The notes below the pieces were generated by a model. The model saw nothing but the letters and a program-made list of their open reading frames with translations. It had not been told where the DNA came from and did no database searches. A program made the position numbers and the translations under genes. From Escherichia coli (GTDB taxonomy: Bacteria; Pseudomonadota; Gammaproteobacteria; Enterobacterales; Enterobacteriaceae), in NCBI RefSeq assembly GCF_041886205.1, contig NZ_CP169029.1: a stretch of DNA of 64,000 nt; one strand, 5' to 3'. Positions 27,420 through 41,815 of the stretch are shown here, one piece after another. The stretch's first letter is position 1; each line of letters begins with the position of its first letter.

Positions 27420-27490
27420 GCCGGAGATAAGCGCCGGATGGGGTAGAAACCCTTAAGCCTGTGTCGCACAGACTTAAGGGTTTTCTTATT
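27420..27490 (+). ncRNA. Candidate small RNA ending in an intrinsic terminator (possibly rydB)
   Basis: Hairpin aaacccttaag ... cttaagggttt followed by tcttatttc at about 27451-27489; K-12 encodes RydB between ydiH and sufA. The RydB sequence itself is not recalled, so identity is inference. Confidence 0.35.
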
Positions 27491-27710
27491 TCTGAACGCT
27501 GCACTTTTTTACCTATCTCTTAAATAGTCATTTTCAATACAACTTTTTCTTTTTCATCACAGCCTTAATGCTCCTTAGATAATAACCATTATCTAACAAT
27601 GAGATACCTAATTCTTAGCGTGCCTGTTAACCCACACATCAGGGTCTATGCTTATTAAAAGCAGGCAAAAAGCATGTTTTACGGTAAAGCCCCTGCGTTT
27701 GCTGGGTTGA

Positions 27711-27729
27711 ACTGATAATCATTATCACT
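27711..27729 (+). promoter_or_regulatory. Fur box in the suf promoter
   Basis: actGATAATCATTATCac about 50 bp upstream of sufA ATG, close to the Fur consensus GATAATGATAATCATTATC; the suf operon is a known Fur target. Confidence 0.55.
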
Positions 27730-27772
27730 AACATGCTGTTATACGCTGAAAGCGATGAAGTGAGGTAAATCG

Positions 27773-28141
27773 ATGGACATGCATTCAGGAACCTTTAACC
27801 CACAAGATTTCGCCTGGCAAGGCTTAACGCTGACACCCGCAGCGGCGATACACATCCGTGAGCTGGTGGCAAAGCAGCCGGGTATGGTCGGCGTGCGCTT
27901 AGGCGTGAAGCAAACGGGCTGCGCGGGCTTTGGCTATGTGCTCGACAGTGTTAGCGAGCCGGACAAAGACGATCTGCTGTTTGAACACGACGGCGCGAAG
28001 CTGTTTGTCCCGCTGCAAGCGATGCCGTTTATTGATGGCACGGAAGTCGATTTCGTTCGTGAAGGACTTAATCAGATATTCAAATTTCACAACCCTAAAG
28101 CCCAGAATGAATGTGGCTGTGGCGAAAGCTTTGGGGTATAG
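27773..28141 (+). CDS. sufA: Fe-S cluster A-type carrier SufA
   Basis: 122-aa ORF with C-terminal CGCGESF motif. Confidence 0.95.
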   Translation: MDMHSGTFNPQDFAWQGLTLTPAAAIHIRELVAKQPGMVGVRLGVKQTGCAGFGYVLDSVSEPDKDDLLFEHDGAKLFVPLQAMPFIDGTEVDFVREGLNQIFKFHNPKAQNECGCGESFGV

Positions 28142-28149
28142 GCGGTACT

Positions 28150-29637
28150 ATGTCTCGTAATACTGAAGCAACTGACGATGTCAAAACCTGGACCGGCGGC
28201 CCGCTGAATTATAAAGAAGGATTCTTCACCCAGTTAGCCACCGATGAGCTGGCAAAGGGGATAAACGAAGAGGTGGTGCGCGCAATTTCGGCGAAGCGTA
28301 ATGAGCCGGAGTGGATGCTGGAGTTTCGTCTAAACGCCTATCGCGCATGGCTGGAGATGGAAGAACCGCACTGGTTGAAAGCGCACTACGACAAGCTGAA
28401 TTATCAGGATTACAGCTACTACTCAGCACCATTGTGCGGTAATTGTGACGACACTTGCGCGTCTGAACCTGGCGCGGTGCAGCAAACTGGCGCGAACGCC
28501 TTTTTAAGTAAAGAGGTGGAGGCGGCGTTTGAGCAGTTGGGCGTTCCCGTGCGGGAAGGCAAAGAGGTGGCGGTGGATGCCATTTTCGACTCAGTTTCGG
28601 TTGCCACTACTTATCGCGAAAAACTGGCGGAGCAGGGAATTATTTTCTGTTCCTTTGGTGAGGCGATCCACGATCACCCGGAACTGGTGCGTAAATATCT
28701 CGGCACCGTGGTGCCGGGGAATGACAACTTCTTTGCCGCGCTTAATGCGGCGGTAGCCTCTGACGGTACGTTTATTTATGTGCCTAAAGGCGTGCGCTGC
28801 CCGATGGAACTTTCCACCTATTTTCGCATTAACGCAGAAAAAACCGGGCAGTTTGAGCGCACCATTCTGGTGGCCGACGAAGACAGCTACGTCAGCTACA
28901 TTGAAGGCTGTTCCGCTCCGGTGCGTGACAGCTATCAGTTACACGCGGCAGTGGTGGAAGTCATCATCCATAAAAACGCCGAGGTGAAATATTCCACGGT
29001 ACAAAACTGGTTTCCTGGCGATAACAACACCGGCGGTATTCTCAACTTCGTCACCAAGCGTGCTTTGTGCGAAGGCGAAAACAGCAAAATGTCATGGACG
29101 CAATCAGAAACCGGGTCAGCGATTACGTGGAAATATCCCAGCTGCATTTTGCGCGGCGATAACTCCATTGGTGAGTTTTACTCAGTGGCGCTGACCAGCG
29201 GTCATCAGCAAGCGGATACCGGCACCAAGATGATCCACATCGGTAAAAACACCAAATCGACCATTATCTCGAAAGGGATCTCTGCCGGACATAGTCAGAA
29301 CAGTTATCGCGGCTTAGTGAAAATCATGCCGACGGCAACCAATGCGCGCAATTTCACTCAGTGCGACTCAATGCTGATTGGCGCTAATTGTGGGGCGCAT
29401 ACCTTCCCGTATGTCGAATGTCGCAATAACAGTGCACAACTGGAGCACGAGGCAACGACATCACGTATTGGTGAAGATCAACTGTTTTACTGCCTGCAAC
29501 GCGGGATCAGCGAAGAAGACGCCATCTCGATGATTGTTAACGGTTTCTGCAAAGACGTGTTCTCAGAACTGCCGCTGGAATTTGCCGTTGAAGCACAAAA
29601 ACTCCTCGCCATCAGTCTTGAACACAGCGTCGGATAA
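28150..29637 (+). CDS. sufB: Fe-S cluster scaffold SufB
   Basis: [26 protein letters not shown]...; start chosen at the conserved Met 13 codons inside ORF 28111..29637. Confidence 0.95.
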   Translation: MSRNTEATDDVKTWTGGPLNYKEGFFTQLATDELAKGINEEVVRAISAKRNEPEWMLEFRLNAYRAWLEMEEPHWLKAHYDKLNYQDYSYYSAPLCGNCDDTCASEPGAVQQTGANAFLSKEVEAAFEQLGVPVREGKEVAVDAIFDSVSVATTYREKLAEQGIIFCSFGEAIHDHPELVRKYLGTVVPGNDNFFAALNAAVASDGTFIYVPKGVRCPMELSTYFRINAEKTGQFERTILVADEDSYVSYIEGCSAPVRDSYQLHAAVVEVIIHKNAEVKYSTVQNWFPGDNNTGGILNFVTKRALCEGENSKMSWTQSETGSAITWKYPSCILRGDNSIGEFYSVALTSGHQQADTGTKMIHIGKNTKSTIISKGISAGHSQNSYRGLVKIMPTATNARNFTQCDSMLIGANCGAHTFPYVECRNNSAQLEHEATTSRIGEDQLFYCLQRGISEEDAISMIVNGFCKDVFSELPLEFAVEAQKLLAISLEHSVG

Positions 29638-29646
29638 GGAATAAAT

Positions 29647-30393
29647 ATGTTAAGTATTAAAGATTTACACGTTAGCGTGGAAGATAAAGCTATCCTGCGC
29701 GGATTAAGCCTCGACGTTCGTCCCGGCGAAGTTCACGCCATTATGGGGCCAAACGGTTCGGGCAAAAGTACCTTATCGGCAACGCTTGCCGGGCGCGAAG
29801 ATTATGAAGTGACGGGCGGCACGGTTGAGTTCAAAGGCAAAGATTTGCTTGCACTGTCGCCGGAAGATCGTGCAGGCGAAGGCATCTTTATGGCCTTCCA
29901 GTATCCGGTGGAGATTCCAGGTGTCAGTAACCAGTTTTTCCTGCAAACGGCACTTAATGCGGTGCGCAGCTATCGCGGCCAGGAAACGCTCGACCGCTTT
30001 GATTTTCAGGATTTGATGGAAGAGAAAATCGCTCTCCTGAAGATGCCGGAAGATTTATTAACCCGTTCGGTAAACGTTGGTTTTTCCGGCGGCGAGAAAA
30101 AGCGCAACGATATTTTGCAAATGGCGGTGCTGGAACCGGAGTTATGCATTCTTGATGAGTCGGACTCCGGGCTGGATATTGACGCATTAAAAGTGGTCGC
30201 CGATGGCGTGAACTCGCTGCGTGATGGCAAGCGCTCATTCATCATTGTTACGCACTACCAACGCATTCTCGACTACATCAAGCCTGATTACGTTCATGTG
30301 CTATATCAGGGACGAATTGTGAAATCCGGCGATTTCACGTTGGTCAAACAACTGGAGGAGCAGGGTTATGGCTGGCTTACCGAACAGCAGTAA
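29647..30393 (+). CDS. sufC: Fe-S assembly ATPase SufC
   Basis: 248-aa ABC-type ATPase (GPNGSGKST, LDESDSGLD). Confidence 0.95.
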   Translation: MLSIKDLHVSVEDKAILRGLSLDVRPGEVHAIMGPNGSGKSTLSATLAGREDYEVTGGTVEFKGKDLLALSPEDRAGEGIFMAFQYPVEIPGVSNQFFLQTALNAVRSYRGQETLDRFDFQDLMEEKIALLKMPEDLLTRSVNVGFSGGEKKRNDILQMAVLEPELCILDESDSGLDIDALKVVADGVNSLRDGKRSFIIVTHYQRILDYIKPDYVHVLYQGRIVKSGDFTLVKQLEEQGYGWLTEQQ

Positions 30394-31639
30394 CGCGCTG
30401 CAACAGTGGCATCACTTGTTTGAAGCTGAAGGGACAAAACGCTCCCCGCAAGCACAGCAGCATTTACAACAATTGCTGCGTACCGGACTGCCGACACGTA
30501 AACATGAAAACTGGAAATATACGCCGCTGGAAGGGCTGATCAATAGCCAGTTTGTCAGCATTGCGGGAGAGATATCCCCACAGCAGCGTGATGCCTTAGC
30601 GTTAACGTTAGACTCCGTGCGGCTGGTGTTTGTCGATGGGCGTTACGTGCCCGCACTGAGCGATGCAACTGAAGGCAGCGGATATGAAGTGAGCATTAAC
30701 GACGACCGTCAGGGTTTACCCGACGCTATTCAGGCGGAAGTGTTTCTGCATTTGACGGAAAGCCTGGCACAAAGCGTGACGCATATCGCCGTGAAGCGCG
30801 GTCAACGGCCGGCAAAGCCATTGCTGTTAATGCATATCACCCAGGGCGTGGCAGGTGAAGAGGTGAACACTGCCCATTACCGACATCATCTGGATCTGGC
30901 GGAAGGTGCCGAAGCAACGGTGATCGAACATTTTGTCAGCCTGAATGATGCTCGTCATTTTACCGGGGCACGGTTCACTATCAACGTCGCAGCGAATGCC
31001 CACTTGCAGCATATCAAGCTGGCGTTTGAAAACCCGCTCAGTCACCACTTTGCTCATAACGATTTGTTGCTGGCTGAGGATGCCACCGCATTTAGCCACA
31101 GTTTCCTGCTGGGTGGCGCAGTGTTACGACACAACACCAGTACGCAACTCAATGGCGAAAACAGCACGCTGCGGATCAATAGCCTGGCGATGCCGGTGAA
31201 AAACGAGGTGTGTGATACCCGTACCTGGCTGGAACACAATAAAGGTTTTTGTAACAGCCGACAGTTGCACAAAACTATCGTCAGCGACAAAGGCCGCGCG
31301 GTATTTAACGGTTTGATCAACGTCGCGCAGCACGCCATCAAAACGGATGGTCAGATGACCAACAACAATCTGCTGATGGGCAAACTGGCGGAAGTGGATA
31401 CGAAACCGCAGCTGGAAATCTATGCAGATGATGTGAAATGCAGCCACGGCGCGACGGTGGGGCGTATTGATGATGAACAGATATTCTATCTGCGCTCGCG
31501 CGGGATCAATCAGCAGGATGCCCAGCAGATGATCATTTACGCCTTCGCTGCCGAACTGACGGAAGCACTGCGTGATGAGGGGCTTAAACAGCAGGTGCTG
31601 GCCCGAATCGGTCAACGGCTGCCAGGAGGTGCAAGATGA
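30368..31639 (+). CDS. sufD: Fe-S assembly protein SufD
   Basis: 423-aa ORF overlapping sufC by 26 bp. Confidence 0.93.
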
Positions 31640-32856
31640 TTTTTTCCGTCGACAAAGTGCGGGCCGACTTTCCGGTGCTTTCGCGTGAGGTAAACGGTTT
31701 GCCGCTGGCTTATCTCGACAGCGCCGCCAGTGCGCAGAAACCGAGCCAGGTGATTGACGCCGAGGCCGAGTTTTATCGTCATGGCTACGCGGCGGTGCAT
31801 CGTGGTATTCATACCTTAAGCGCCCAGGCGACCGAGAAAATGGAGAACGTGCGCAAGCGGGCATCGCTGTTTATTAATGCCCGTTCGGCGGAAGAGCTGG
31901 TGTTCGTCCGCGGCACGACGGAAGGGATCAATCTGGTCGCCAATAGCTGGGGCAACAGCAACGTGCGGGCGGGCGATAACATCATCATCAGTCAGATGGA
32001 GCACCACGCTAACATTGTTCCCTGGCAGATGCTTTGCGCACGCGTTGGCGCAGAGCTGCGTGTGATCCCGCTCAATCCCGATGGTACGTTGCAACTGGAG
32101 ACGCTGCCTACGCTGTTTGATGAGAAAACTCGCCTGCTGGCAATTACTCATGTCTCCAACGTGCTTGGCACAGAAAATCCACTGGCGGAAATGATCACGC
32201 TTGCGCACCAGCATGGCGCAAAAGTGCTGGTGGATGGCGCTCAGGCGGTGATGCATCATCCGGTGGATGTTCAGGCGCTGGATTGCGACTTTTACGTGTT
32301 CTCCGGGCATAAACTGTATGGCCCCACCGGAATTGGCATTCTTTATGTGAAAGAAGCCTTGTTGCAGGAGATGCCGCCGTGGGAAGGGGGCGGTTCTATG
32401 ATCGCCACCGTCAGCCTGAGTGAAGGCACTACCTGGACCAAAGCACCATGGCGGTTTGAAGCCGGTACACCCAATACCGGGGGCATCATTGGTCTTGGCG
32501 CGGCGCTGGAGTATGTTTCGGCGCTGGGGCTTAATAACATAGCCGAGTATGAACAGAATCTGATGCATTACGCGCTATCACAGCTGGAATCTGTACCGGA
32601 TCTCACTCTCTATGGCCCACAAAACAGGCTTGGCGTTATTGCTTTTAATCTCGGTAAACACCACGCCTATGATGTTGGCAGTTTTCTCGATAATTACGGC
32701 ATTGCTGTGCGTACCGGACATCACTGCGCTATGCCATTAATGGCCTATTACAACGTCCCTGCGATGTGTCGGGCGTCGCTGGCCATGTATAACACCCATG
32801 AAGAAGTGGATCGTCTGGTGACCGGATTGCAACGTATTCACCGTCTGCTGGGATAA
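31636..32856 (+). CDS. sufS: Cysteine desulfurase SufS
   Basis: 406-aa PLP-dependent class V aminotransferase-fold ORF, active-site Cys region (RTGHHCA). Confidence 0.95.
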   Translation: MIFSVDKVRADFPVLSREVNGLPLAYLDSAASAQKPSQVIDAEAEFYRHGYAAVHRGIHTLSAQATEKMENVRKRASLFINARSAEELVFVRGTTEGINLVANSWGNSNVRAGDNIIISQMEHHANIVPWQMLCARVGAELRVIPLNPDGTLQLETLPTLFDEKTRLLAITHVSNVLGTENPLAEMITLAHQHGAKVLVDGAQAVMHHPVDVQALDCDFYVFSGHKLYGPTGIGILYVKEALLQEMPPWEGGGSMIATVSLSEGTTWTKAPWRFEAGTPNTGGIIGLGAALEYVSALGLNNIAEYEQNLMHYALSQLESVPDLTLYGPQNRLGVIAFNLGKHHAYDVGSFLDNYGIAVRTGHHCAMPLMAYYNVPAMCRASLAMYNTHEEVDRLVTGLQRIHRLLG

Positions 32857-32868
32857 CAGGGAGGCACT

Positions 32869-33285
32869 ATGGCTGTATTGCCGGATAAAGAAAAATTGCT
32901 GCGTAATTTTTTACGCTGCGCCAACTGGGAAGAGAAATATCTCTACATTATTGAGCTGGGCCAGCGTCTGCCAGAATTACGCGACGAAGACCGAAGCCCA
33001 CAAAATAGCATTCAGGGCTGCCAGAGTCAGGTGTGGATTGTCATGCGCCAGAATGCGCAGGGAATTATTGAATTGCAGGGCGACAGCGATGCGGCGATTG
33101 TGAAAGGGCTTATTGCGGTCGTCTTTATTCTCTACGATCAGATGACGCCGCAGGATATTGTCAATTTCGATGTGCGTCCGTGGTTTGAAAAAATGGCGCT
33201 CACCCAACATCTCACCCCATCTCGTTCACAAGGTCTGGAAGCGATGATTCGCGCAATTCGCGCCAAAGCCGCTGCACTTAGCTAA
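32869..33285 (+). CDS. sufE: Sulfur acceptor SufE
   Basis: 138-aa ORF. Confidence 0.95.
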   Translation: MAVLPDKEKLLRNFLRCANWEEKYLYIIELGQRLPELRDEDRSPQNSIQGCQSQVWIVMRQNAQGIIELQGDSDAAIVKGLIAVVFILYDQMTPQDIVNFDVRPWFEKMALTQHLTPSRSQGLEAMIRAIRAKAAALS

Positions 33286-33433
33286 ACTAAAGGGACAGCT
33301 TTCATCCGGTTGGCTCACATTGCCGGATGGTCAATGTTTACACTGACCTGCACAGGAGTGTTTTGGTTTCAGGTGAACATAAGCGCCATCCGACGTTTCA
33401 GCGTGAGTCTCCGGCAAATACAGGAGGTTTACA

Positions 33434-34438
33434 ATGAAACGCGCGTCTTTGCTTACACTCACGCTTATCGGCGCTTTTAGCGCCATCCAGGCTGCCTGGG
33501 CGGTTGATTATCCGCTACCACCAACCGGAAGCCGACTGGTTGGGCAAAATCAAACGTATACGGTGCAAGAAGGGGATAAAAACCTTCAGGCTATTGCCCG
33601 ACGTTTTGATACTGCGGCAATGTTGATCCTTGAAGCCAATAACACTATCGCCCCGGTGCCAAAGCCCGGTACGACGATAACTATTCCTTCGCAACTGTTA
33701 TTACCTGATGCGCCGCGTCAGGGGATTATCGTTAACCTTGCAGAGCTGCGCCTTTATTATTATCCGCCGGGAGAAAATATCGTGCAGGTTTATCCGATAG
33801 GTATTGGCTTGCAGGGGCTGGAAACGCCGGTGATGGAAACGCGTGTGGGGCAGAAAATCCCTAACCCAACCTGGACGCCTACGGCAGGCATTCGTCAACG
33901 TTCGCTGGAGCGTGGCATTAAATTACCGCCAGTCGTTCCTGCCGGACCAAATAACCCGCTAGGACGTTACGCACTGCGCCTCGCGCATGGTAATGGCGAA
34001 TACCTCATTCATGGCACCAGTGCGCCGGACAGCGTTGGTTTGCGCGTCAGTTCAGGGTGTATTCGCATGAATGCACCGGATATTAAAGCCTTGTTCTCCA
34101 GCGTGCGGACGGGAACGCCGGTGAAAGTGATCAACGAACCGGTGAAATATTCCGTGGAACCTAACGGGATGCGTTATGTTGAAGTACATCGACCACTATC
34201 AGCAGAAGAACAGCAAAACGTTCAGACAATGCCATACACACTGCCAGCAGGCTTTACGCAATTTAAAGACAATAAGGCTGTAGATCAGAAGTTAGTCGAT
34301 AAAGCGTTGTATCGTCGGGCAGGGTATCCGGTTTCGGTGAGCAGTGGAGCAACTCCCGCAGCCAGCAATGCGCCTTCAGTAGAGTCAGCGCAGAATGGTG
34401 AACCAGAGCAAGGGAATATGTTACGCGCGACGCAGTAG
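33434..34438 (+). CDS. ldtE: L,D-transpeptidase LdtE (YnhG) with LysM domain
   Basis: 334-aa ORF, signal peptide, YkuD catalytic motif ([20 protein letters not shown]). Confidence 0.9.
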   Translation: MKRASLLTLTLIGAFSAIQAAWAVDYPLPPTGSRLVGQNQTYTVQEGDKNLQAIARRFDTAAMLILEANNTIAPVPKPGTTITIPSQLLLPDAPRQGIIVNLAELRLYYYPPGENIVQVYPIGIGLQGLETPVMETRVGQKIPNPTWTPTAGIRQRSLERGIKLPPVVPAGPNNPLGRYALRLAHGNGEYLIHGTSAPDSVGLRVSSGCIRMNAPDIKALFSSVRTGTPVKVINEPVKYSVEPNGMRYVEVHRPLSAEEQQNVQTMPYTLPAGFTQFKDNKAVDQKLVDKALYRRAGYPVSVSSGATPAASNAPSVESAQNGEPEQGNMLRATQ

Positions 34439-34453
34439 CGGTAAACGGCAAAC

Positions 34454-34485
34454 AAAAAAAATGGCGCACAATGTGCGCCATTTTT
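34454..34485. terminator. Bidirectional terminator between convergent ldtE and lpp
   Basis: A-run, palindrome tggcgcaca-a-tgtgcgcca, T-run. Confidence 0.65.
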
Positions 34486-34501
34486 CACTTCACAGGTACT
34501 A

Positions 34502-34750
<249 letters not shown>

Positions 34751-34993
34751 CTAGATTGAGTTAATCTCCATGTAGCGTTACAAGTATTACACAAAGTTTT
34801 TTATGTTGAGAATATTTTTTTGATGGGAAGGCACTTATTTTTGATCGTTCGCTCAAAGAAGCATCGAACGCTGGGTTTTAGATAAAAAAATTGAGAGAAA
34901 ACAGGATGCTTCCATCGGATTCATCTTAGATAAAGTGAGATTATATAGTGAAATCCGATTTGATTTTTTATTGCTTCTGGTTATCGATTAAAT

Positions 34994-35017
34994 AAAAAAA
35001 GCGCCCATCAGGGCGCT
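34994..35017 (-). terminator. Rho-independent terminator after pykF
   Basis: agcgccc-atca-gggcgct preceded on the + strand by an A-run (T-run on the coding strand). Confidence 0.6.
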
Positions 35018-35048
35018 TCGATATACAAATTAATTCACAAAAGCAATA

Positions 35049-36461
35049 TTACAGGACGTGAACAGATGCGGTGTTAGTAGTGCCGCTCGGTACCAGTGCA
35101 CCAGAAACCATAACTACAACGTCACCTTTGTGTGCCAGACCGCTCTGCAGAGCCAGTTCTTTACCCAGACGGTAGAAATCATCAGTAGAAGTGATCTCTT
35201 TAACCAGCTGCGGCACAACGCCTTTGCTCAGTACCAACTGATGAGCCGTTTTTTCGTTGGTGGTCAGTGCCAGGATGGTGGCATCCGGGAAGTATTTACG
35301 TACTGCGCGAGCAGATTTACCGCCCTGAGTAGCAACCACGATCAGCGGAGCATCCAGTTTTTCAGCAGTTTCAACGGCACCACGGCATACCGCTTCGGTA
35401 ATGCGCAGTTTACGGTTGTCATTGTTGAACTCGAGACGGCTGTTCATCACGCGGTCGGTACGTTCGCAGATGGTCGCCATGATAGAAACCGCTTCCAGCG
35501 GGTATTTACCTTTTGCGGATTCACCAGACAGCATCACTGCGTCAGTACCGTCGAGGATGGCGTTTGCAACGTCACCGGCTTCTGCGCGAGTCGGGCGTGG
35601 GTTTTTGATCATGGAATCCAGCATCTGGGTCGCAGTGATAACGACTTTACGTGCACGGATACATTTTTCGATCATCATCTTCTGGGCGAAGATAACTTCT
35701 TCTACCGGGATTTCTACACCCAGGTCGCCACGCGCAACCATGATGCCGTCAGAGGCTTCGAGGATTTCGTCGAAGTTGTTGAGGCCTTCCTGGTTTTCGA
35801 TTTTGGAGATGATGTGGATGTTTTCGCCGCCGTGCGCTTTCAGGTGCTCACGGATTTCGATAACGTCAGAACGCTTACGAATAAAGGAAGCAGCAACAAA
35901 GTCTACGCCTTGTTCGCAACCAAAGATCAGGTCCTGTTTGTCTTTTTCAGCCAGTGCTGGCAGAGCAATGGAAACGCCAGGCAGGTTCACACCTTTGTTT
36001 TCGCCCAGGTCACCGTTGTTCAGCACTTTACAGATAACTTTGTTACCTTCAATGGCGGTAACTTCCATACCGATCAGACCATCGTCAACCAGTACGGTGT
36101 TGCCAACAGACAGGTCAGTAGTGAAACCTTCATACGTTACCGCAACCATTTCGCTGTTGCCGATAACAGATTTATCAGTGGTGAAAGTAAAGGTCTGACC
36201 AGCTTTCAGAGAAACGTCGTTACCGCCTTCCAGTTTCATGGTGCGGATTTCCGGACCTTTGGTATCAAGCAGGATAGCGGCGGTTTTACCAGTTTTGCTC
36301 ATCACGTTGCGCAGATTCTGAATGCGCTGACCGTGTTCTGCATAGTCACCATGAGAGAAGTTCAGACGCATAACGTTCATGCCAGCGTCCAGCATTTTAG
36401 CTAACATCTCTTCAGATTCGGTTTTCGGTCCGATGGTGCAAACAATTTTGGTCTTTTTCAT
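35049..36461 (-). CDS. pykF: Pyruvate kinase I
   Basis: 470 aa from [40 protein letters not shown]...; ORF track extends 72 codons further upstream, not used. Confidence 0.95.
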
Positions 36462-37017
36462 GACAGTCTTAGTCTTTAAGTTGAGAAGGATGGGAGAAAC
36501 TTGCTTTCTGGGCGCACTGCCGGAAAGCGAATCCGGTATTACGAAAGTGGTGGTGCCTCGCTCTAAGGATAGGTGACATCGAAAAAGCGTGCAGAGGAAT
36601 GTGTGCTTGTGTCTCAGCCCAACGTGAGTGCCTGTTTTTGAGTCGTTGAGTTCTACAGTCCAAAGTGCTGAAACCATTCAAGAGTCAATTGGCGCGCATT
36701 ATACGCTGAAATTAATCCAAAAGGAAAACAAAAACAGCGTTTCAAAAAATATACAACTTGTTAGACAATAAATTGTTATCAAAGATTTAACGTTCCAGGG
36801 AAAAGGTTACGCAAAAACTTCACTGTTTGCGCAACGTCTGGTGCCGAAGTTGTCAGTGTGAGGATAAGTGAAAGTTCATCCGGTGTATAAATATATCATC
36901 GCTCAATTGCTACAGTTAAAATAATTTATCGCGTTATTTGTCTGATTTTGTTTGATTTTTGTTTAATTGGTTAGATTGATATATGCTGATAGTTGGCATG
37001 ATAAATAGGTATAAAGA

Positions 37018-37227
37018 ATGGGAAATCGGACAAAAGAGGATGAACTGTACCGAGAAATGTGCAGAGTTGTCGGTAAAGTTGTGCTGGAAATGCGCGATCT
37101 GGGGCAGGAACCAAAGCATATTGTTATCGCAGGCGTATTACGTACAGCATTAGCCAATAAACGCATTCAGCGCAGTGAGCTGGAAAAGCAGGCGATGGAA
37201 ACCGTCATTAACGCACTGGTAAAATGA
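37018..37227 (+). CDS. fumD: Small protein YdhZ (fumarase D)
   Basis: 69-aa ORF MGNRTKEDELYREMCRVVGKVVLEMRDLGQEPKHIVIAGVLRTALANKRIQRSELEKQAMETVINALVK. Confidence 0.75.
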   Translation: MGNRTKEDELYREMCRVVGKVVLEMRDLGQEPKHIVIAGVLRTALANKRIQRSELEKQAMETVINALVK

Positions 37228-37467
37228 CCATTCAGGATGAGGCGGTAAGCTTCATCCTGATATTCTTGCTTCAGTTGCGGTCCAGTTAATCATTCTAAAT
37301 AACAACTGCTGAAATTATACGAATTGCGGTATGTATTTTAATTTATAACGATAATATTATTTTTATTTTCTGCAATGAACGTCACAAATAATTGTCGCTT
37401 AAGTTAAATTTATTTTAAATGATAATAAATATCAGTTCACTTATAATTTCTTGCTTTGTAATTTTAA

Positions 37468-37481
37468 TTGATAACGATCAA
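37468..37481. promoter_or_regulatory. Perfect FNR-box palindrome upstream of ydhY
   Basis: TTGATAACGATCAA matches the TTGAT-N4-ATCAA consensus; the ydhYVWXUT operon is reported to be FNR-activated. Confidence 0.65.
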
Positions 37482-37682
37482 TGTTAAGGGTTCAGAATAA
37501 TTACATTATTTTTTCTCCTAACCATAAAGGATTAGTTTATCGGCGTTAAATCTTTTCTCATACACTATCGGGTTAGGGAAAATATCTGGTGTTGGGGACA
37601 GAGTCAGCAGCGTATTAGTTGAATGCTTAATATCAGGCTGCTGAATTGTCAGCACTGTGTTTGCGAAGAGGATGCGAAATAA

Positions 37683-40432
<2,750 letters not shown>

Positions 40433-40435
40433 GGA

Positions 40436-41083
40436 ATGGGTAAGATGAACCATCAGGATGAATTGCCGTTAGCGAAAGTCAGCGAAGTTGACGAGGCGAA
40501 GCGGCAATGGTTGCAGGGGATGCGTCACCCCGTTGATACGGTAACCGAACCAGAACCTGCTGAAATCCTGGCTGAGTTCATTCGCCAGCATTCTGCGGCT
40601 GGGCAGCTGGTGGCGCGCGCCGTGTTTCTCTCGCCACCCTATTTGGTTGCAGAAGAGGAACTGTCAGTTTTGCTGGAAAGCATTAAGCAGAACGGAGACT
40701 ACGCGGATATCGCTTGTTTGACGGGAAGCAAGGATGATTACTATTACTCAACGCAGGCCATGAGTGAAAACTACGCGGCGATGTCTTTGCAAGTTGTGGA
40801 GCAGGACATTTGTCGCGCCATTGCACACGCCGTTCGTTTTGAGTGCCAGACGTATCCTCGTCCTTACAAAGTCGCCATGCTGATGCAAGCGCCATATTAC
40901 TTCCAGGAAGCGCAGATTGAAGCCGCGATCGCCGCGATGGATGTTGCACCTGAATATGCCGATATACGGCAGGTGGAGTCATCGACGGCGGTGTTGTACT
41001 TGTTTAGCGAGCGATTTATGACCTATGGCAAGGCTTATGGCTTATGCGAATGGTTCGAGGTAGAGCAGTTTCAGAACCCCTGA
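40436..41083 (+). CDS. ydhW: Uncharacterised protein YdhW
   Basis: 215-aa ORF in conserved position. Confidence 0.85.
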   Translation: MGKMNHQDELPLAKVSEVDEAKRQWLQGMRHPVDTVTEPEPAEILAEFIRQHSAAGQLVARAVFLSPPYLVAEEELSVLLESIKQNGDYADIACLTGSKDDYYYSTQAMSENYAAMSLQVVEQDICRAIAHAVRFECQTYPRPYKVAMLMQAPYYFQEAQIEAAIAAMDVAPEYADIRQVESSTAVLYLFSERFMTYGKAYGLCEWFEVEQFQNP

Positions 41084-41146
41084 AATTTCAGGGAGATGTC
41101 ATGGATAGGGTGGACAGTTGCAGCCACTGCATTAGGGGATAATCAG

Positions 41147-41815
41147 ATGTCCTTCACTCGACGCAAATTTGTTCTGGGGATGGGAACAGTAATCTTTTTT
41201 ACTGGTTCTGCGTCTTCTCTGTTAGCGAACACGAGGCAAGAAAAGGAAGTTCGGTATGCCATGATTCATGACGAGTCACGGTGCAATGGCTGTAATATTT
41301 GCGCCCGCGCATGCCGTAAAACTAACCACGTCCCCGCTCAGGGAAGCCGTTTATCGATAGCACACATTCCAGTCACCGATAACGACAACGAAACGCAGTA
41401 TCACTTTTTTCGCCAGTCATGTCAGCACTGCGAAGATGCTCCGTGCATCGACGTTTGCCCGACGGGGGCATCGTGGCGTGATGAGCAGGGGATCGTGCGG
41501 GTAGAAAAATCGCAGTGCATCGGCTGCAGTTATTGCATTGGCGCTTGTCCGTACCAGGTTCGCTACCTTAACCCTGTCACTAAAGTGGCAGATAAATGTG
41601 ATTTCTGCGCTGAGTCCCGGCTGGCAAAAGGCTTTCCGCCCATTTGCGTCAGCGCTTGTCCGGAACACGCATTGATCTTTGGTCGCGAAGATAGCCCAGA
41701 AATTCAGGCGTGGTTGCAGGAAAATAAATACTATCAATATCAGCTACCTGGTGCCGGGAAACCGCATCTGTATCGCCGGTTCGGTCAACATTTGATTAAA
41801 AAGGAAAATGTATGA
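41147..41815 (+). CDS. ydhX: 4Fe-4S ferredoxin-like protein YdhX (Tat signal)
   Basis: Start taken at MSFTRRKFVLGMGTVIFFTGSASSLLA (twin-arginine motif); ORF track begins 17 codons earlier at 41096. Confidence 0.82.
   Translation: MSFTRRKFVLGMGTVIFFTGSASSLLANTRQEKEVRYAMIHDESRCNGCNICARACRKTNHVPAQGSRLSIAHIPVTDNDNETQYHFFRQSCQHCEDAPCIDVCPTGASWRDEQGIVRVEKSQCIGCSYCIGACPYQVRYLNPVTKVADKCDFCAESRLAKGFPPICVSACPEHALIFGREDSPEIQAWLQENKYYQYQLPGAGKPHLYRRFGQHLIKKENV

Noticed and set aside
31124-31864. 246-aa ORF on the - strand
   Set aside because: Antisense shadow within sufD/sufS; Arg/Pro-rich translation with no recognisable domain and no RBS context.
35058-36404. 448-aa ORF on the + strand (plus a 265-aa ORF at 35401..36198)
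   Set aside because: Both lie entirely antisense within pykF, which matches pyruvate kinase over its full length; the antisense frames are low-complexity shadow ORFs.
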